Shown: positions 13,649 through 30,114, counted from the first letter of the stretch. The stretch: DNA of 64,000 nucleotides from Eledone cirrhosa (GCA_964016885.1 OZ024742.1:358918001-358982000); one strand, 5' to 3'. Notes: generated from the letters alone by a model not told the origin. Program-made: numbers and translations.

Positions 13649-13769
13649 CGGTTTCAACACACGTTTTCAGATAAAGAATCTTGTTAAACAAATTCAGAAA
13701 CGAAATATATATATATATAAGAGACGTAAAATAAGAAAATTATAAAATTAACTTACTTACTAAAATATC

Positions 13770-13851
13770 ACTTCCAACTAATTAGTTTCTGGAATGGAGT
13801 AAATATATTTTCCGAAGAATATACTGAAAAGCATTCCGTCGTCAGGAAAGT
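13770..13851 (-). ncRNA. Type I hammerhead ribozyme, copy 1
   Basis: actttc-CTGACGA-cggaatg...cattcca-GAAAC-taatta-GTT-ggaagt. Confidence 0.8.
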
Positions 13852-14292
13852 CTATTTTCGTGTAAGTTTCCAGGCACAGCGAGGACTCTGGAAACTTATT
13901 AAAAAAATAATTCAGTGGAGAGGAAATAGCGAAGCGTGGATTGAATTCCTAGCCATTGAGAAAATCACTGCCTCTACGTCTCTGGCAAATTCAAAAGGAA
14001 TCAATCACGTGACATCGAGGTCAATCAGTGGAAAGCGAGTTGTTAATAAGACAGGGGCCTGCCTACTACCATAGCAGCAGTCATGGCCAATATTGCTCGA
14101 CAAATGATTTGGAGATAATTATAAAGAATTTATATCTAGTAACATTTATATACATACAGATGCATATCAATGCTAGCAAATATATAGGTTTTGTCTTAAT
14201 AACATTGTGGTTCAATGCATGGGGTTGCAGAACAATAATATAAGAGACGTAAAATAAGAAAATTATAAAATTAACTTACTTACTAAAATATC

Positions 14293-14374
14293 ACTTCCAA
14301 CTAATTAGTTTCTGGAATGGAGTAAATATATTTTCCGAAGAATATACAGAAAAGCATTCCGTCGTCAGGAAAGT
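14293..14374 (-). ncRNA. Type I hammerhead ribozyme, copy 2
   Basis: Same motif as copy 1, 523 nt away. Confidence 0.8.
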
Positions 14375-14683
14375 CTATTTTCGTTTAAGTTTCCAGGCAT
14401 AGCGAGGACTCTGGAATTATCTCCAAATCATTTGTCGAGCAATATTGGCCATGACTGCTGCTATGGTAGTAGGCAGGCCGCTGTCTTATTAACAACTCGC
14501 TTTCCACTGATTGACCTCGATGTCACGTGATTGATTCTTTTTGAATTTGCCACAGACGTAGAGGCGGTGATTTTCTCAATGGCTAGGAATTCAGTCCACG
14601 CTTCGCTATTTCCTCTCCACTGAATTATTTTTTTAATAAGTTTCCAGAGTCCTCGCTATGCCTGGAAACTTACACGAAAATAG

Positions 14684-14765
14684 ACTTTCCTGACGACGGA
14701 ATGCTTTTCAATATATTCTTCGGAAAATATATTTACTCCATTCCAGAAACTAATTAGTTGGAAGT
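14684..14765 (+). ncRNA. Type I hammerhead ribozyme, copy 3
   Basis: Same motif in the inverted copy. Confidence 0.8.
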
Positions 14766-14999
14766 GATATTTTAGTAAGTAAGTTAATTTTATAATTTTC
14801 TTATTTTACGTCTCTTATATTATTGTTCTGCAACCCCATGCATTGAACCACAATGTTATTAAGACAAAACCTATATATTTCCTAGCATTGATATGCATCT
14901 GTATGTATATAAATGTTACTAGATATAAATTCTTTATATATATATATATATATATATGGAGGGAGAAAGAGAGAGAGAAAGAGGGAGAGAGAGAGGCAT

Positions 15000-15215
15000 T
15001 GGTGTGTAATCATTTTTTCTGATTTAGGCACAAGGCCCACAATTTTAGGAGAGGGGAAAGTCAATTAAATCGCCCCAGTGTGTGGTTGGTACTTTATTTC
15101 ATCGACCCCATAACGATGAAAAGCAATGTTAACCTCGACAGGATTTGAACTTAGAACGTAAAGCGTCGGAACTCTATGCCGTAAAGCATGTTATCCGACG
15201 CACTGCCTTTACTGA
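15000..15215 (-). mobile_element. tRNA-derived SINE
   Basis: Minus-strand B box (gttcaaatcc) followed by ctttcatc..ggggtcgatgaaataaagtacc, shared with the copies at 46206 and 49062. Confidence 0.7.
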
Positions 15216-16621
15216 CAGTCCACCACCCTCAGCGGTGAGTAATAAGAAGAAGTTTACTCAGATTTTTAGAAAGTTGAGGGAATTTGGAGTTTTCCTTTTG
15301 ACATGTAGTAATAAGTGTATTTGTAGGCTTAAGTATCTCCATTGAATGTCCTCCTGTATTACCGATTTAAGCTTCTAAATAAAGAGCGTCCTTAACAATT
15401 CGTCATGTGTAGTGTATATCGAAATATTCGTTGTAGAAGCACAATGACAAACTTTGTGGAGTAAACGGTGGAATAAATTATTGCTAGCATTAGACACGAA
15501 AATAATATAATCAGAGTTATTAACCCAAGTATATAACTGGTATATATTTCATTGATATCATTCACGTAAATTACACATAATTTTTAATAGGATTTTAATA
15601 CAGAATGTTGATATGGAAACTGAAGCAGCAAAGGATTTTTTTTGTTGTAATTGCTGTCAGTGCTGATGTCGTAAATTGACAATCAACGCCATGACATCTA
15701 TGGTCATGTTCCCGTTTAATATATCCTATATTTATTTACAATGTCCCCTTCCTTTTTATAAGATGGTAGGATGTAATTTGAAGATTAAGCTGATATTTTC
15801 AGCAGATTACGCAATCATCTAGAGGGACGTCTGTATCCTTATAACAGATTTTCTATTACAATCTACCATTACCATTTGGTCTACCCGCATTGTGAACAAA
15901 TTACAACATTAATATTCTTTCGTCTCTAAACTACATATCTCAGCTGTTTGAAGTAGAATCCCATACACTGTTTTTGATTTAGTCTCTCCTTCACCTCCTA
16001 TAGTCTGTGCTCTGCCTCGTTCTCTCTTTGCTATTAAAGTACTCTATAATATAAAAACCAATTGAACCATCATTTCATATGGTTAGTTCAAGTTTAGCGG
16101 AAATGCAGAAATGTAATTTATTAAAGAACATCTGTTTTGTTTTTGATTCCTTTGCTGTTTATTGTAAAGATTAGTAAGTAAATCAAATGTTCTGATGACA
16201 AATTTGAGGAAGGAAGTTAAAGAAGGAAGGTAAGCAAACATACATGAATGAATCGAAGAAATATTCTTAACTCAAGCTAGAATGATGGCAGATGTGAATG
16301 CAGGAAATGTAACATCGGGAGACTGTAGGAAAACAAAGCAATTTAAGTAGCATTTGCTGCACACTGATATTATATGCACAGCTATTTATACAGGAAATAT
16401 AATTTCCCTACAATTTCTCTCTTTATTCACTTTCTCTGTAGAAATAGACAAAAACGAAAAATAACCTGTAAATGTTTCTAATAAAAGAAGGCGGACGTAA
16501 CTAAAAGAGAGAAAGAGATGGAGACAGAGAGAGAGAGAAAAAACCCCAGAAAATAAGAAATGGAAAGTATAGAGAGGGAGTGTAGGAAGAAAGGGGAAGT
16601 AGGGAGTGGGGGAGATAAGGG

Positions 16622-19810
<3,189 letters not shown>

Positions 19811-20168
19811 CGTGTGTGTGTCATTTGCTCTCGTTCTTGGTGATTATTCTACATGTTTAACAGTTTTTTACTTCTATATAGTGACATCATTAATTATTCT
19901 GAGATGGTTAACTACTTGTTTAAACTCCCACCGTTATCACATTCATTACATTATTCTTTGTGGGAGTTCGCTCCGCTGGAATCATCTCGAATGAGTAATT
20001 GATGCATTAGCAGTAAACTGTCCATTACTGTTGTGACATGTTGCCAGGAAGAAGGTGAGGAAATAAGAAATACAAGCACACACACGAAAAACAAACACAC
20101 ACAGAAACAAATAAACACACACAAACATACAAACACACACACAAACAAACAAACACAAACACAAACAA

Positions 20169-20205
<37 letters not shown>

Positions 20206-20708
20206 AACAAACAAACACACACACAAATATAAAAACACACACACACACACATACAAACATACACAAATGCAACACTCACAAATATATCAATAATATTAGT
20301 ATCAATAATTTATTCATATTAATATCTATATTGATAGATATCAAAAATATTAATATCAATAATTTATTTATTAATATTATTGATATTAATGATACTCCGG
20401 ATAAAACTGTTGAGTGCTTCTAATCTGTTGTAAAATTAACTTTGTTGAATAATCAACAAAACAAATAACTCATTGTTTAAATAGATAGATAGATTTCTTT
20501 ATTTACCATAAAGGCATAAAAAGAAGGGACAAATGCAAAGGGGGAGTTTACATATAATCGAGTAAAAAGGGTGTAACATGAAAATAATCGAAAATAACCT
20601 CAAAAGGAAGGGGACGTGATGGGGGTTGCACACACCCCCGAAAAAGTGTGCAATCCTTTGCCCGAGGAGCACATGGAGAAGGTGCTCCCCTCTCCTTTAC
20701 TTCTTTAC

Positions 20709-23700
20709 CTACAGGATGGTATACAGAGAAGGCCCATTTACACGAGCCATTCTCGCCACTATCACCCACCTTTCATAAAACTGCCTGTGGCCAAGCACCT
20801 CTCTCTCCATTCTTATCCTTCTTCCGAAGTGATATCGGAAGAAGTAGACCAGACTATGGCCAGAGAGGAAGTTGCCTGACCTCAGACCTTTCAATCGTGT
20901 CCACCAAACAACCTCTTTCAACATGACTATTACGCACAGAAAAACCGCCTTTGCTTCCTTTGTGAAGAGGGGAGGCGGTTTGATTGTCATCACGGACTCG
21001 GCGGTCAATTTAATCGGTGCCACCCGCGACAGCAGTCGTTCGGCGTAGCCCCACAGATCAGCCACGCCCGGACATTGCACCAATGCGTGCGCAACGGTTT
21101 CTTCGTGACGCAGGCATCTAGGGCAAATCTTTTTTGAGGGATCCCTGCCCGGGCGCCCGTGTCTGTAGAGCCTCTCTCGAACGGGTAGAGCCCCCCGGTA
21201 GCACTGCCAGGCCAGTGACTTCTGGAAGTTGTCCATTGGTCCTGGGCCGAAAGTCCTACCGAACAGGCTGGCCAGTTCGTCTTCTTCCACGTCCAGCGAC
21301 TCTCCAAGGGTGTCATCGTCCCTGCTAGCCACCAACCCTCTATAGAATGATGAGGTGGATTCTCCACCGATGGCCTGGCCCGCTTGCCAGAGAGCCCTGA
21401 GCGCCTGAGCACACTCAGTGTGCCAGTCTCCCAGTTTTCCGGATCTTTGCTTGACCCAGGACTGTAGCTCGGTGAGCGAGACGAGTCTCGGAAAGGCTCG
21501 TTTCACGAACGGAGCCCACACCGGTTGACCAGTGAGGAATACCTGTAGGTGCCGTAGCCTTAATGCGTGCCTACGCATCATCAACCACAGCATCCCCAGC
21601 CCTCCTTTCGAAGGTTGTTGGCAGCAGATGGATCTTCTCACCATAGGAGGGCGCTTCTTCCAAAGAAATTGGAAGAGCATGCGTTCCATAGTGGTGAGTG
21701 TTTCCTTAGGGCAAGGCACGACAGTCAGGCGGTAGTAAGTGACGGACGCTATGTAAATGTTCGCCACCTCCGCCCGGCCTTTTAGGGACAGCTTACACTT
21801 GGCCCATTTCTGGGTTAGTGCAAACACCTTGTTCGTAACCTCGTTCCAGTTCTTTTCCACCTGGAGATCCGGTCCAAACCAGACCCCAAGCAACTTTACC
21901 GGGCCCTCCGTCCAGTGTCCGACGACACCGTCAGGAGGCATCGGTCTGCCTCTCCACGTTCCGAGTTGCAGCCCGATGGATTTTTCCCGGTTCAGTTTCG
22001 CTCCTGACAACCTTTCGTACTCCTCCAGTAAGGTACCGATCGCCTCGATCTCCGAGTCGGTCTATACCATTACTGTTACGTCATCGGCGTAGGCCGACAC
22101 CGCTTTGCTCAATCCTGGTTCCAGGGGGATACCCTGCAACAACTCCAACTTCCTCAGTAAAGGCTCGAGAGTCAATACGTACAGAAGGGAGGAGAGAGGG
22201 CACCCCTGTCGAATGGATCGTGTGATTTCGAACGGCTTCGAAAGGTAGCCGTTCACCTTGATCCTAGAACAGATGTGGTTGCTATGTAAGGCAGTTATCC
22301 AGCCTCTGAAAACAGGACCGAACCCAGCCGCCGCTAGCACCGCATCCAGGTAACCATGGTCGACCCTATCGAAGGCCTTAGACTGATCCAAGTTGATCAG
22401 GGCCCCACCGAAGCCGGGTTTGTTGCCAACCCTCTCTATGATGTATCGCATGAGGTGGAGGTTATCGTGAATGGACCTGGATGGGATAGCACATGTTTGC
22501 GCATCTCCCACCAGGCCACCCACGACAAGCGCCAACCTCTTTGCTAACACCTTGGCCAAAATCTTTAACTCTGTGTTTAGCAGGGTTATGGGCCGAAAAT
22601 TATTTATACTATCCCCCTTGTTCTCGTCCTTCCTCACCAGCGTGACTACGCCCTTGTCTACAGAACAAGGAATTCTCCCGTTCTTCTGCCAATTGCAGTA
22701 GACCGCTTCGAGGAGTTCGGAGAAGAAGACCGGCATTGCTAAATAAAGTTCGTATGGTATACCATCGAGACCTGGAGATTTGCGTCTGCTGCATTGGCTC
22801 AGCGCATCTCCGATCTCATCAGCCGAGATTGGTCCCTCGCAGGACTCTGCCTCTTCGCTCGAGAGACGCGGCAGGCCGTCGAGGTATGGACCGAAATCCA
22901 CGCCCCCGCCCGGACCCTCGCATCCCTCGAACAATCGGGCAAAGTGCCTTTGAAAGGCCTCGCACATCTGCTTAGGCTCCCGGATCACCCGTCCATCTTC
23001 GTCTTGCAACGACCGGATGGTGGATCGATTTCCACTCTTAGCTTCTGTCACGCGGGCCCATCCAACGGCTTTGGCCCCCTCATTACCTAGAGCACGTATT
23101 TTACTTCGGATGACGCAGCCTTCGTGCTTTGCATCGAAAAACTGGTTCAAGGCCGTCCTCGATGCCAGCACTCTGGCCACATCTTCGCTCTTGATTGCCT
23201 CTTCTAATTTACCTGTTAATTCTTTCTCGTTTCTATTCCTATCGGCAGCTAACATATTGCTATAACTTATTGATTCTGTTCTAATCTCTCTTTTGAGAGA
23301 TGCCCACCATCGGTTGTTGACGATTGCACCCGTCAACCTCTCCTTAACTAATCTGCTAATCCGTTTTCTGTAAGTCTCTTTTGCCGGTAAAGACAAATTA
23401 AGTTTCCAGTAACCGGGACCCTGTCTATGTGTTTTCTCGAGATTGACCACGCAGGTCACTAATTTGTGATCCGTGTAGCCAACCGTGCGCATTTCTGGAC
23501 AGCTTAATATGTCCCTATCCTTACTTCTAACTAAGAATCTATCTAAGTACGATCTAGATTGACCACTGTGGTTTCTCCAAGTCCAGGTAGGCACAGTTGG
23601 AAAATCTAGTCGATATCTATCGACCAAGTTAAAACGGTCGAGTAACCCCTTGAGGCTGTTACACCTCCCTCTATTAGGACATGCTCCTGCATAGTCCGAA

Positions 23701-24146
23701 CGTGCATCCAGGATGTCATTCCAATCCCCCGCTAGAAGCTGGGAACGCGACGTTCCCAGAAAAGTCTCCAAACGCTGGAAGAAGTCGGGCCGTTCAGCTC
23801 CGAAAGGGGAGTAGACGGCGACCAGTCTCAAGGCCGCACTTTCACTACTGCCAACGTCTAGCACCAACAAACGACCCTCCGGGTCCGAGTGCACAACCTG
23901 TACGGCAAGACCCAGGTGTTTTTGCAGCAGTACGACAACACCACCCCCACCTCCAGGTTGACAGAGAGATGCATGCACCTCAAAGTCATCGAAGGTGGGG
24001 GCCAGCTGCCGCACGACGCTGATTCGAGTCTCACAGATAACCATTACATTTATACTACATGACCTGAGGTCATTTAGAAGCTTTGCTTGCTTCCAAGTTG
24101 AGCCCATGCCACGTGCATTCAAACATCCTACTCTTAACACATCCAT
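20709..24146 (-). pseudogene. Tx1 ORF2 (APE endonuclease, RT, zf-RVT), one frameshift near 22060
   Basis: LNARG, GDWN, SYLDR, TDHK, GPGYWKLN, KSPGLDG, DQSKAFDRVDH, QGCPLS, AYADD, GGLG, CPRC..ET..H....C. Confidence 0.93.
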
Positions 24147-24179
24147 GTGGGCAGCAGAGCCAAAGGAGAGTGTAGAGAC

Positions 24180-26080
24180 CTACCTTTCCGCTTCCCGGGG
24201 TTCGGGTTGCACGACTTCCATGGGGTCGGGGGTGTTGGGTGAAGGGGTGTCTTGTGGTGGTGTGGGGTCGTCAGTGTGTGGTGGGGTTGGGGTGTTTGGA
24301 GTTGTGTTGGGGAGGGGAAGGGGAGGGGGAAAGCTTTTTAGTAGGACGCGGTTTATGGGTTTGACAGAGGGTGGTCCTACGTCCTCCTTAAAATCCTTTT
24401 TTAGTTTTTGGTAGAGGTTCATTGGGATCTTTATTAGTTTTAAATGTGGGTAGTTTTCTGAAGAAACAAAGTTTACACATTCGGTTTGTACCGAAGGATT
24501 ATTGTTTATGAGTTCATTTAATTTATTATTGTTTCTGTTGATGTAAGTATAGTGTAATGTCTTTTTTTCGGATGGTGTGAGTGTTTCGAAGAGGGGAGGT
24601 GCAGGTTTGGTTTTGTTTGTTGCTGGAGGGGTGTTTTGTGTTTTGTTGGATTGTGTTGACATTTGTGTGGGGGTTGTTTGGCCTTGTGTGTTTTGCACAT
24701 GTTTTCTTTTTTCCTTTTAATCTGTCTGAAGGACTCCGTTTCTTCCTCCGAATTCGTTGGGTTATCTTCAGTGTTGGAGGGAAGAGGTATGTTTGCTGGT
24801 AATGTTCCCGTGTTGGTTTTCTTTGTGGGGGAGATGGATGTCACTATGTTAGACTGTGTTGTGTGTTGTGGTTGCGGTGGTTGTGTTGTTTTATTGAGTG
24901 AGGGGTTGGGTGGGACTGTATTTTGTTTTGGGGTAATGTGTTGTGACTGTTTGTGTTGTGGTGGTGGTGTAGTTTTACTGAGGGACGGGTTGGGTGGGAC
25001 TGAGTTTTGTTGTTTGTTTATCTGTTGTGGTGGTGGTGGTGGAGTTGGCGTTGGTAGCAGGGTTTTCTTTTTGTTGAGTTGGGGACAAGCCGCCGTCAGG
25101 TGCCCTCTGCCTGCACAGATATGACAGGACAGTCTTCTCCCCTCCACGCTAATGTTTATATACCCGTGGCCTTCTAATAGGATTCTGTCGGGTATTTGGG
25201 CGATGCGTTCAGGCTTCATTTGCACTACAAGTTCTATACCTGTTCCACTGAACGCATTGCCTGTGGTTTTCCCAATGGAAATCACGTTGTCATTCGCTGG
25301 ATTGATGAAGCCAGCTATGAGCCAGCAGTAGTCCACATCTGGCATCATTGCATCCAGCCATATGCGTTGAGTTCTTTTGCCCATATAAGATGGATAAAAG
25401 GTAAAACATTTTGAACGAATCGGTGACAAAGCACATTTTTTTGCCGCCGATTCGTTCTTCATAATAATCGCTAGGCTTCCATATAGTCTGTCTTTTCTTA
25501 TGAAAGTGGTTTCATTAAGTACTTCTGTAAGTACTGTTTTAATTTCTGTTTGAGTTGGCTGTTCAGGTATTTTAGAAGTGTTGTTGATGGTGCGGAAAAC
25601 GACCGATCGACTTTCAATGTCTTTGGTGAGTTCTTTTACCGATAAAATACCATTCTCTCCTTCAGTTATATATTGTTTGGCGTCTGCAATTCTTTGTGCC
25701 ACATCTGAAATATTTTCAGGTATATATGTCAAAGATTTCTTTGTTGTTTGTGCAAATGAAATCTTATTGGTGTTGACTTTGTCGTCTGCTTTGCTTTCTG
25801 TTATGATGTTGTTGTTTTCAAAAGTTATTTTTGTGTTTGTTGTCTTTGTTTGTGGTATTAATATTCTCATGCAATTTTTCAAATTTTTTTTTTCGTTGTT
25901 GGAATCCATGTCCAGATTTGTGTTTTCGTTATTTTTCTCCGCAGATTCGTCTGTTTTTATTTTATTTTTTCCTTCCTTCTCTATGACGTTAGTTGGGAAG
26001 GAAGGGGGGACTAAAGCGTGCGAGCTTACAACTCTTACCGCTGTCCACCCACCACTATTTTCGTTAGCTTCGTTTAACAT
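24180..26080 (-). pseudogene. Tx1 ORF1 (gag-like zinc knuckle), frameshift near 24690
   Basis: CHICAGRGHLTAAC (CX2CX4HX4C), Pro/Thr-rich tail, ends ~33 nt before the ORF2 ATG. Confidence 0.85.
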
Positions 26081-26306
26081 TTCTGTCAGACGATTGAAAT
26101 TTGTTATGCCACAAAGTTTTTAAAAACAGGTTTTTCACCCCTAGGAGGGGTAAAGATGAGCTGACCCACCGCCTGACAGTTCAGACGGGGGGTCAAGCGA
26201 GACAATAGTATCAAAATTAAAATTGAACTTACCAAATTTCTCAATAAATTTGAAAAAAATTTCTGCGCGAAGTGAATTACATCTACGCTGTAGAACAGAC
26301 GACACC

Positions 26307-26312
26307 TAGATT

Positions 26313-26380
<68 letters not shown>

Positions 26381-26383
26381 TAT

Positions 26384-26473
<90 letters not shown>

Positions 26474-26518
26474 TATTAGATAGATAGATAGATATATTAG
26501 ATAGATAGATAGATATAT

Positions 26519-26584
<66 letters not shown>

Positions 26585-26587
26585 TAT

Positions 26588-26621
<34 letters not shown>
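26307..26621. repeat. (GATA)n array with recurring GATATATTA interruptions
   Basis: Direct reading. Confidence 0.97.
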
Positions 26622-29600
26622 TGTTTCTTTTATTTGCCACCAGGGCATCAAAAATGGGACAAGTACAATGGGGGAGTTTACAAAACAAGGCGTCCTCAAT
26701 AAGGAGGAGGCAATAACAATATATAAAAATAAAATAAAATAAAATAAAATATAACAAAAAATAATATTTATAACAAAGTCCTCAATAGAGAGGAGGCGCC
26801 TTGGGGGGTCGCACACACCCCCGAAAAAAAGTGTGCAACCCTTCTCCTCAGGAGCACAGAGAAGGGGTGGTCCCTTGGTCTTTCATCTTCCTCACCTATA
26901 GTCTGATATAGAGTGAAGGCCCATTCACACGGGCCATTCTCGCCACTTTCACCCATCTTTCATAAAAACGGCTGATCCTGATCCTTCTTCCGAAATGATA
27001 TCGGAAGAAACGGACCAGTTGTTGGCCAGAGAGAAAGGTGTCTGACCTCAGTCCTTTCAGACGCGTCCACCATACAACCTCTTTCGCCATGGTTATTACG
27101 CACAGAAACACCGCCTCTCCTTCGTTTTTGAAGAGGGGAGGCGGCTTGATCGTTACAATAGACTCGGTGGTCAACCGGATCGGTCCCACCCTTGACAGCA
27201 GTTGTTCGACATAGCCCCACAGATCGGCAATGCCCGAGAATTGTACCAATGCGTGTGCAACGGTTTCCTCGTCGCACACGCATCTGGGACAGATCTTTTT
27301 CGATGGGTCCCTACCCGGGCGCCCGTGTCTGTAGAGCCTTTCTCGAACAGGCAGAGCCCTTCTGTAGCATTGCCAGGCCAGGGACCTCTGGAAGTTGTCC
27401 ATGGGTCCCGGGATGAATGTCTTACCGAACAGGTTGGCCAGTTCGTCTTCCTCCATGCCTAGGGCTTCTCCGAGGGCGTCGTCGCACCTGCTAACCACCA
27501 GCCCTCTATAGAATGACGAGATGGATTCTCCACTGACAGCCGGGTCCGCCTGCCAGAGAGCCGTGAGCGCCTGGGCACACTCGGTGTGCCAGGCGCCCAG
27601 TTTTCTCGGTCTTTGCTTGACCCAGGATTGCAGCTCGGTGAGTGAGACGGGTCTGGGAAAGGCTCGCCTCACAAACGGAGCCCACACCGGTTGACCGGAG
27701 AGGAATACCTGAAGGTGCCGTAGCCTTAATGCGTGTTTACGTATCATTAGCCACGGCATCCCCAGCCCTCCTTTCGAAGGGTGTTGACAGCAGATGGATC
27801 TCCTCACCATAGGAGCCCGCTTCTTCCAAAGGAATTGGAAGAGTGCGCGCTCCATTTTGGCGAGCGTTTCCCTTGGGCAAGACACAACTGTCAGGCGGTA
27901 GTAGATGACGGACGCTATATAAGTGTTCGCCACCTCCGCCCGACCTTTTAGGGACAGTTTGCACTCGGGCCACTTCTGGGTCAGTGCAAACACCCTGTTC
28001 GTTACCTCACCCCAGTTCTTCTCCACCTCGAGGTCTGGTCCGAACCAGACCCCGAGCAACTTCACCGGGCCCTCCGTCCAGCGCCCGACGACGCCATCGG
28101 AGGGCGTCGATCTGCCCCTCCACGTGCCGAGTTGCAGACCGATCGACTTGTCCCGGTTCAGCTTAGCCCCTGTAAACCTTTCGTACTCCTCCAGTAAGGT
28201 GCCGATCGCCCCGATTTCCGAGGCCGTCGACACCATTACTGTTACGTCATCGGCGTAGGCTAACACCGCTTTCCGCAATCCCGGTTCCAACGGGATGCCC
28301 TGCAACAACTCCAACTTCCGCAGCAGTGGCTCTAGAGTCATTACATACAGAAGGGAGGAGAGGGGGCACCCCTGTCGGAAGGACCGCGCGATTTCGAACG
28401 GCTCCGAGAGGTAGCCGTTCACCTTGATCCTAGAGCAGGTGCGGCTGCTGTGCATGGCATTGATCCAGCCCCTGAAAACGGGTCCGAAGCCTGCCGCCGC
28501 TAGCACCGCATCCAGGTAACCATGGTCGACCCTATCGAATGCCTTAGATTTATCCAAGTTGATCAGGGCCCCACCAAAGCCGGGTTCGTTCCCAATTCTC
28601 TCTATGATGTATCGCATGAGGTGGAGCTTGTCGTGGATGGACCTGGACGGGATAGCACATGTCTGCGCATCTCCCACCATGTGGGCCCACGACAAGCGCC
28701 AACCTCTTTGCTAGCACCTTGGCCAAAATCTGTAACTCTGTATTTAGCAGAGTTATGGGCCTGAAATTATTTATATCGTCCCCCCTTGTTCTCGTCCTTC
28801 CTCACTAGCGTGACTACGGCCTTGGTCACAGCACAGAGAATTCTCCCGTTCTGTTGCCAGTTGCAGTAGACCACCTCGAGGAGATCGGGGGACAAGTCCG
28901 GCATAGCTAGATATAGTTCGTATGGAAGACCATCGAGACCCGGGGATTTGCGTTTGCCGCATTGGCTCAGCACGTCCTCTATCTCAGCGGCTGAAATCGG
29001 CTCCTCGCAGGACTTCGCCTCCCTGTCCGAGAGACGCGGCAGGCCGTCGAAGTATGGACCGAAGTCCACATCCCCAACCGGCCCCCCGCCCCTTCCGAAC
29101 AATCGGGCAAAGTGCTTTTGAAAAGCCTCGCACATCTGCTTAGGTTCAAGGATCACCCGTCCATCCTGGTCTCGCAAAGACCGGATAGTGGATCTGCTCC
29201 CTCTTTTGGCTTCTGTCACGCGGGCCCAGCTAACAGCTTTGGTCCCCTCGTTTCCCAGAGCACGTATTTTGCTTCGGACGATGCAGCCTTCCTGTTTCGC
29301 GTCGAAGAACTGGCCCAGGGCCGTTCTCGACGCTAGCACTCTGGCCACGTCGTCGCTTCTAATTGCCTCTTCTACACTATCTACCAACTCCCTTTCCTTC
29401 CTATTTCTATTTGAGGCTAACTCCTTACTAAATTCTATAGAGACTACTCTAATCTCTCTTTTGAGAGATCCCCACCACCTGCTGTTGACGATGGCGCCCG
29501 TCAACCGCTCCTTAACTAAAGTGCTAATCCGGTCCCTGTAAGCCTTACTTGCCGGTAAGGACAAGTTGAGCTTCCAGTAACCAGGTCCCTGTCTATGAGT

Positions 29601-30012
29601 TCTGTCAAGGTTGATCATGCAGGTCACTAACTTGTGGTCTGAATAGCCAACCATGCGCATTTTTGGACAACTTAAAAAGTCCTTATCCTTAATTCTAACT
29701 AAGACCCTATCTAGGTACGACCTAGACGATCCGCTACGATTTGCCCAAGTCCAGGTTGGCGCAGTCGGAAAATCTAGTCGATATCTATCGGCCAGGTCAA
29801 ATCGACCGATTAACCCTTTGAGGCTATTACACCGCTCTCTATCGGGACATGCCCCTACGTAGTCCCAGCGTGCATCTAGGATACCATTCCAGTCCCCCAC
29901 TAATAGCAAGGAGCGGGACGTCCCTAGAAAAGTCTCCAGACGATGGAAGAAGTCCGGCCGCATTGACCCGAAAGGGCCGTAGGCGGCTACCAACCTAAAC
30001 GCTCCGCCTTTA
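26622..30012 (-). mobile_element. 5'-truncated Tx1 copy (related subfamily), frameshifted ORF2 at 26896-29993
   Basis: Clear protein homology to the first copy (GDWN, SDHK, AYADD, CPRC), (GATA)n on both sides. Confidence 0.93.
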
Positions 30013-30114
30013 CAGATAGATAGATAGTTTAGCGAGAGCGTGAGTTAGAGAAAGGCTTCTTAACTATTATATTTCATTGCCCTCCCTTTCCACTACCTAT
30101 AAAAGGGTAAATAA

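Larger units (their letters stand above)
13718..14935. mobile_element. Non-coding ~523-bp ribozyme-bearing unit: full copy, partial tandem copy, and inverted circularly permuted copy (non-autonomous PLE or retrozyme-like)
   Basis: 13718-13895 recurs at 14241-14416. 14417-14935 is the reverse complement of the unit starting at an internal point. (TA)n on both flanks. Confidence 0.8.
20495..26306 (-). mobile_element. Full-length Tx1-type (L1 group) non-LTR retrotransposon
   Basis: ORF1 with CCHC knuckle, ORF2 with APE, RT and C-terminal Cys motif, 3' end AATAAAGAA followed by (ATCT)n, (GATA)n on both sides. Confidence 0.93.
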
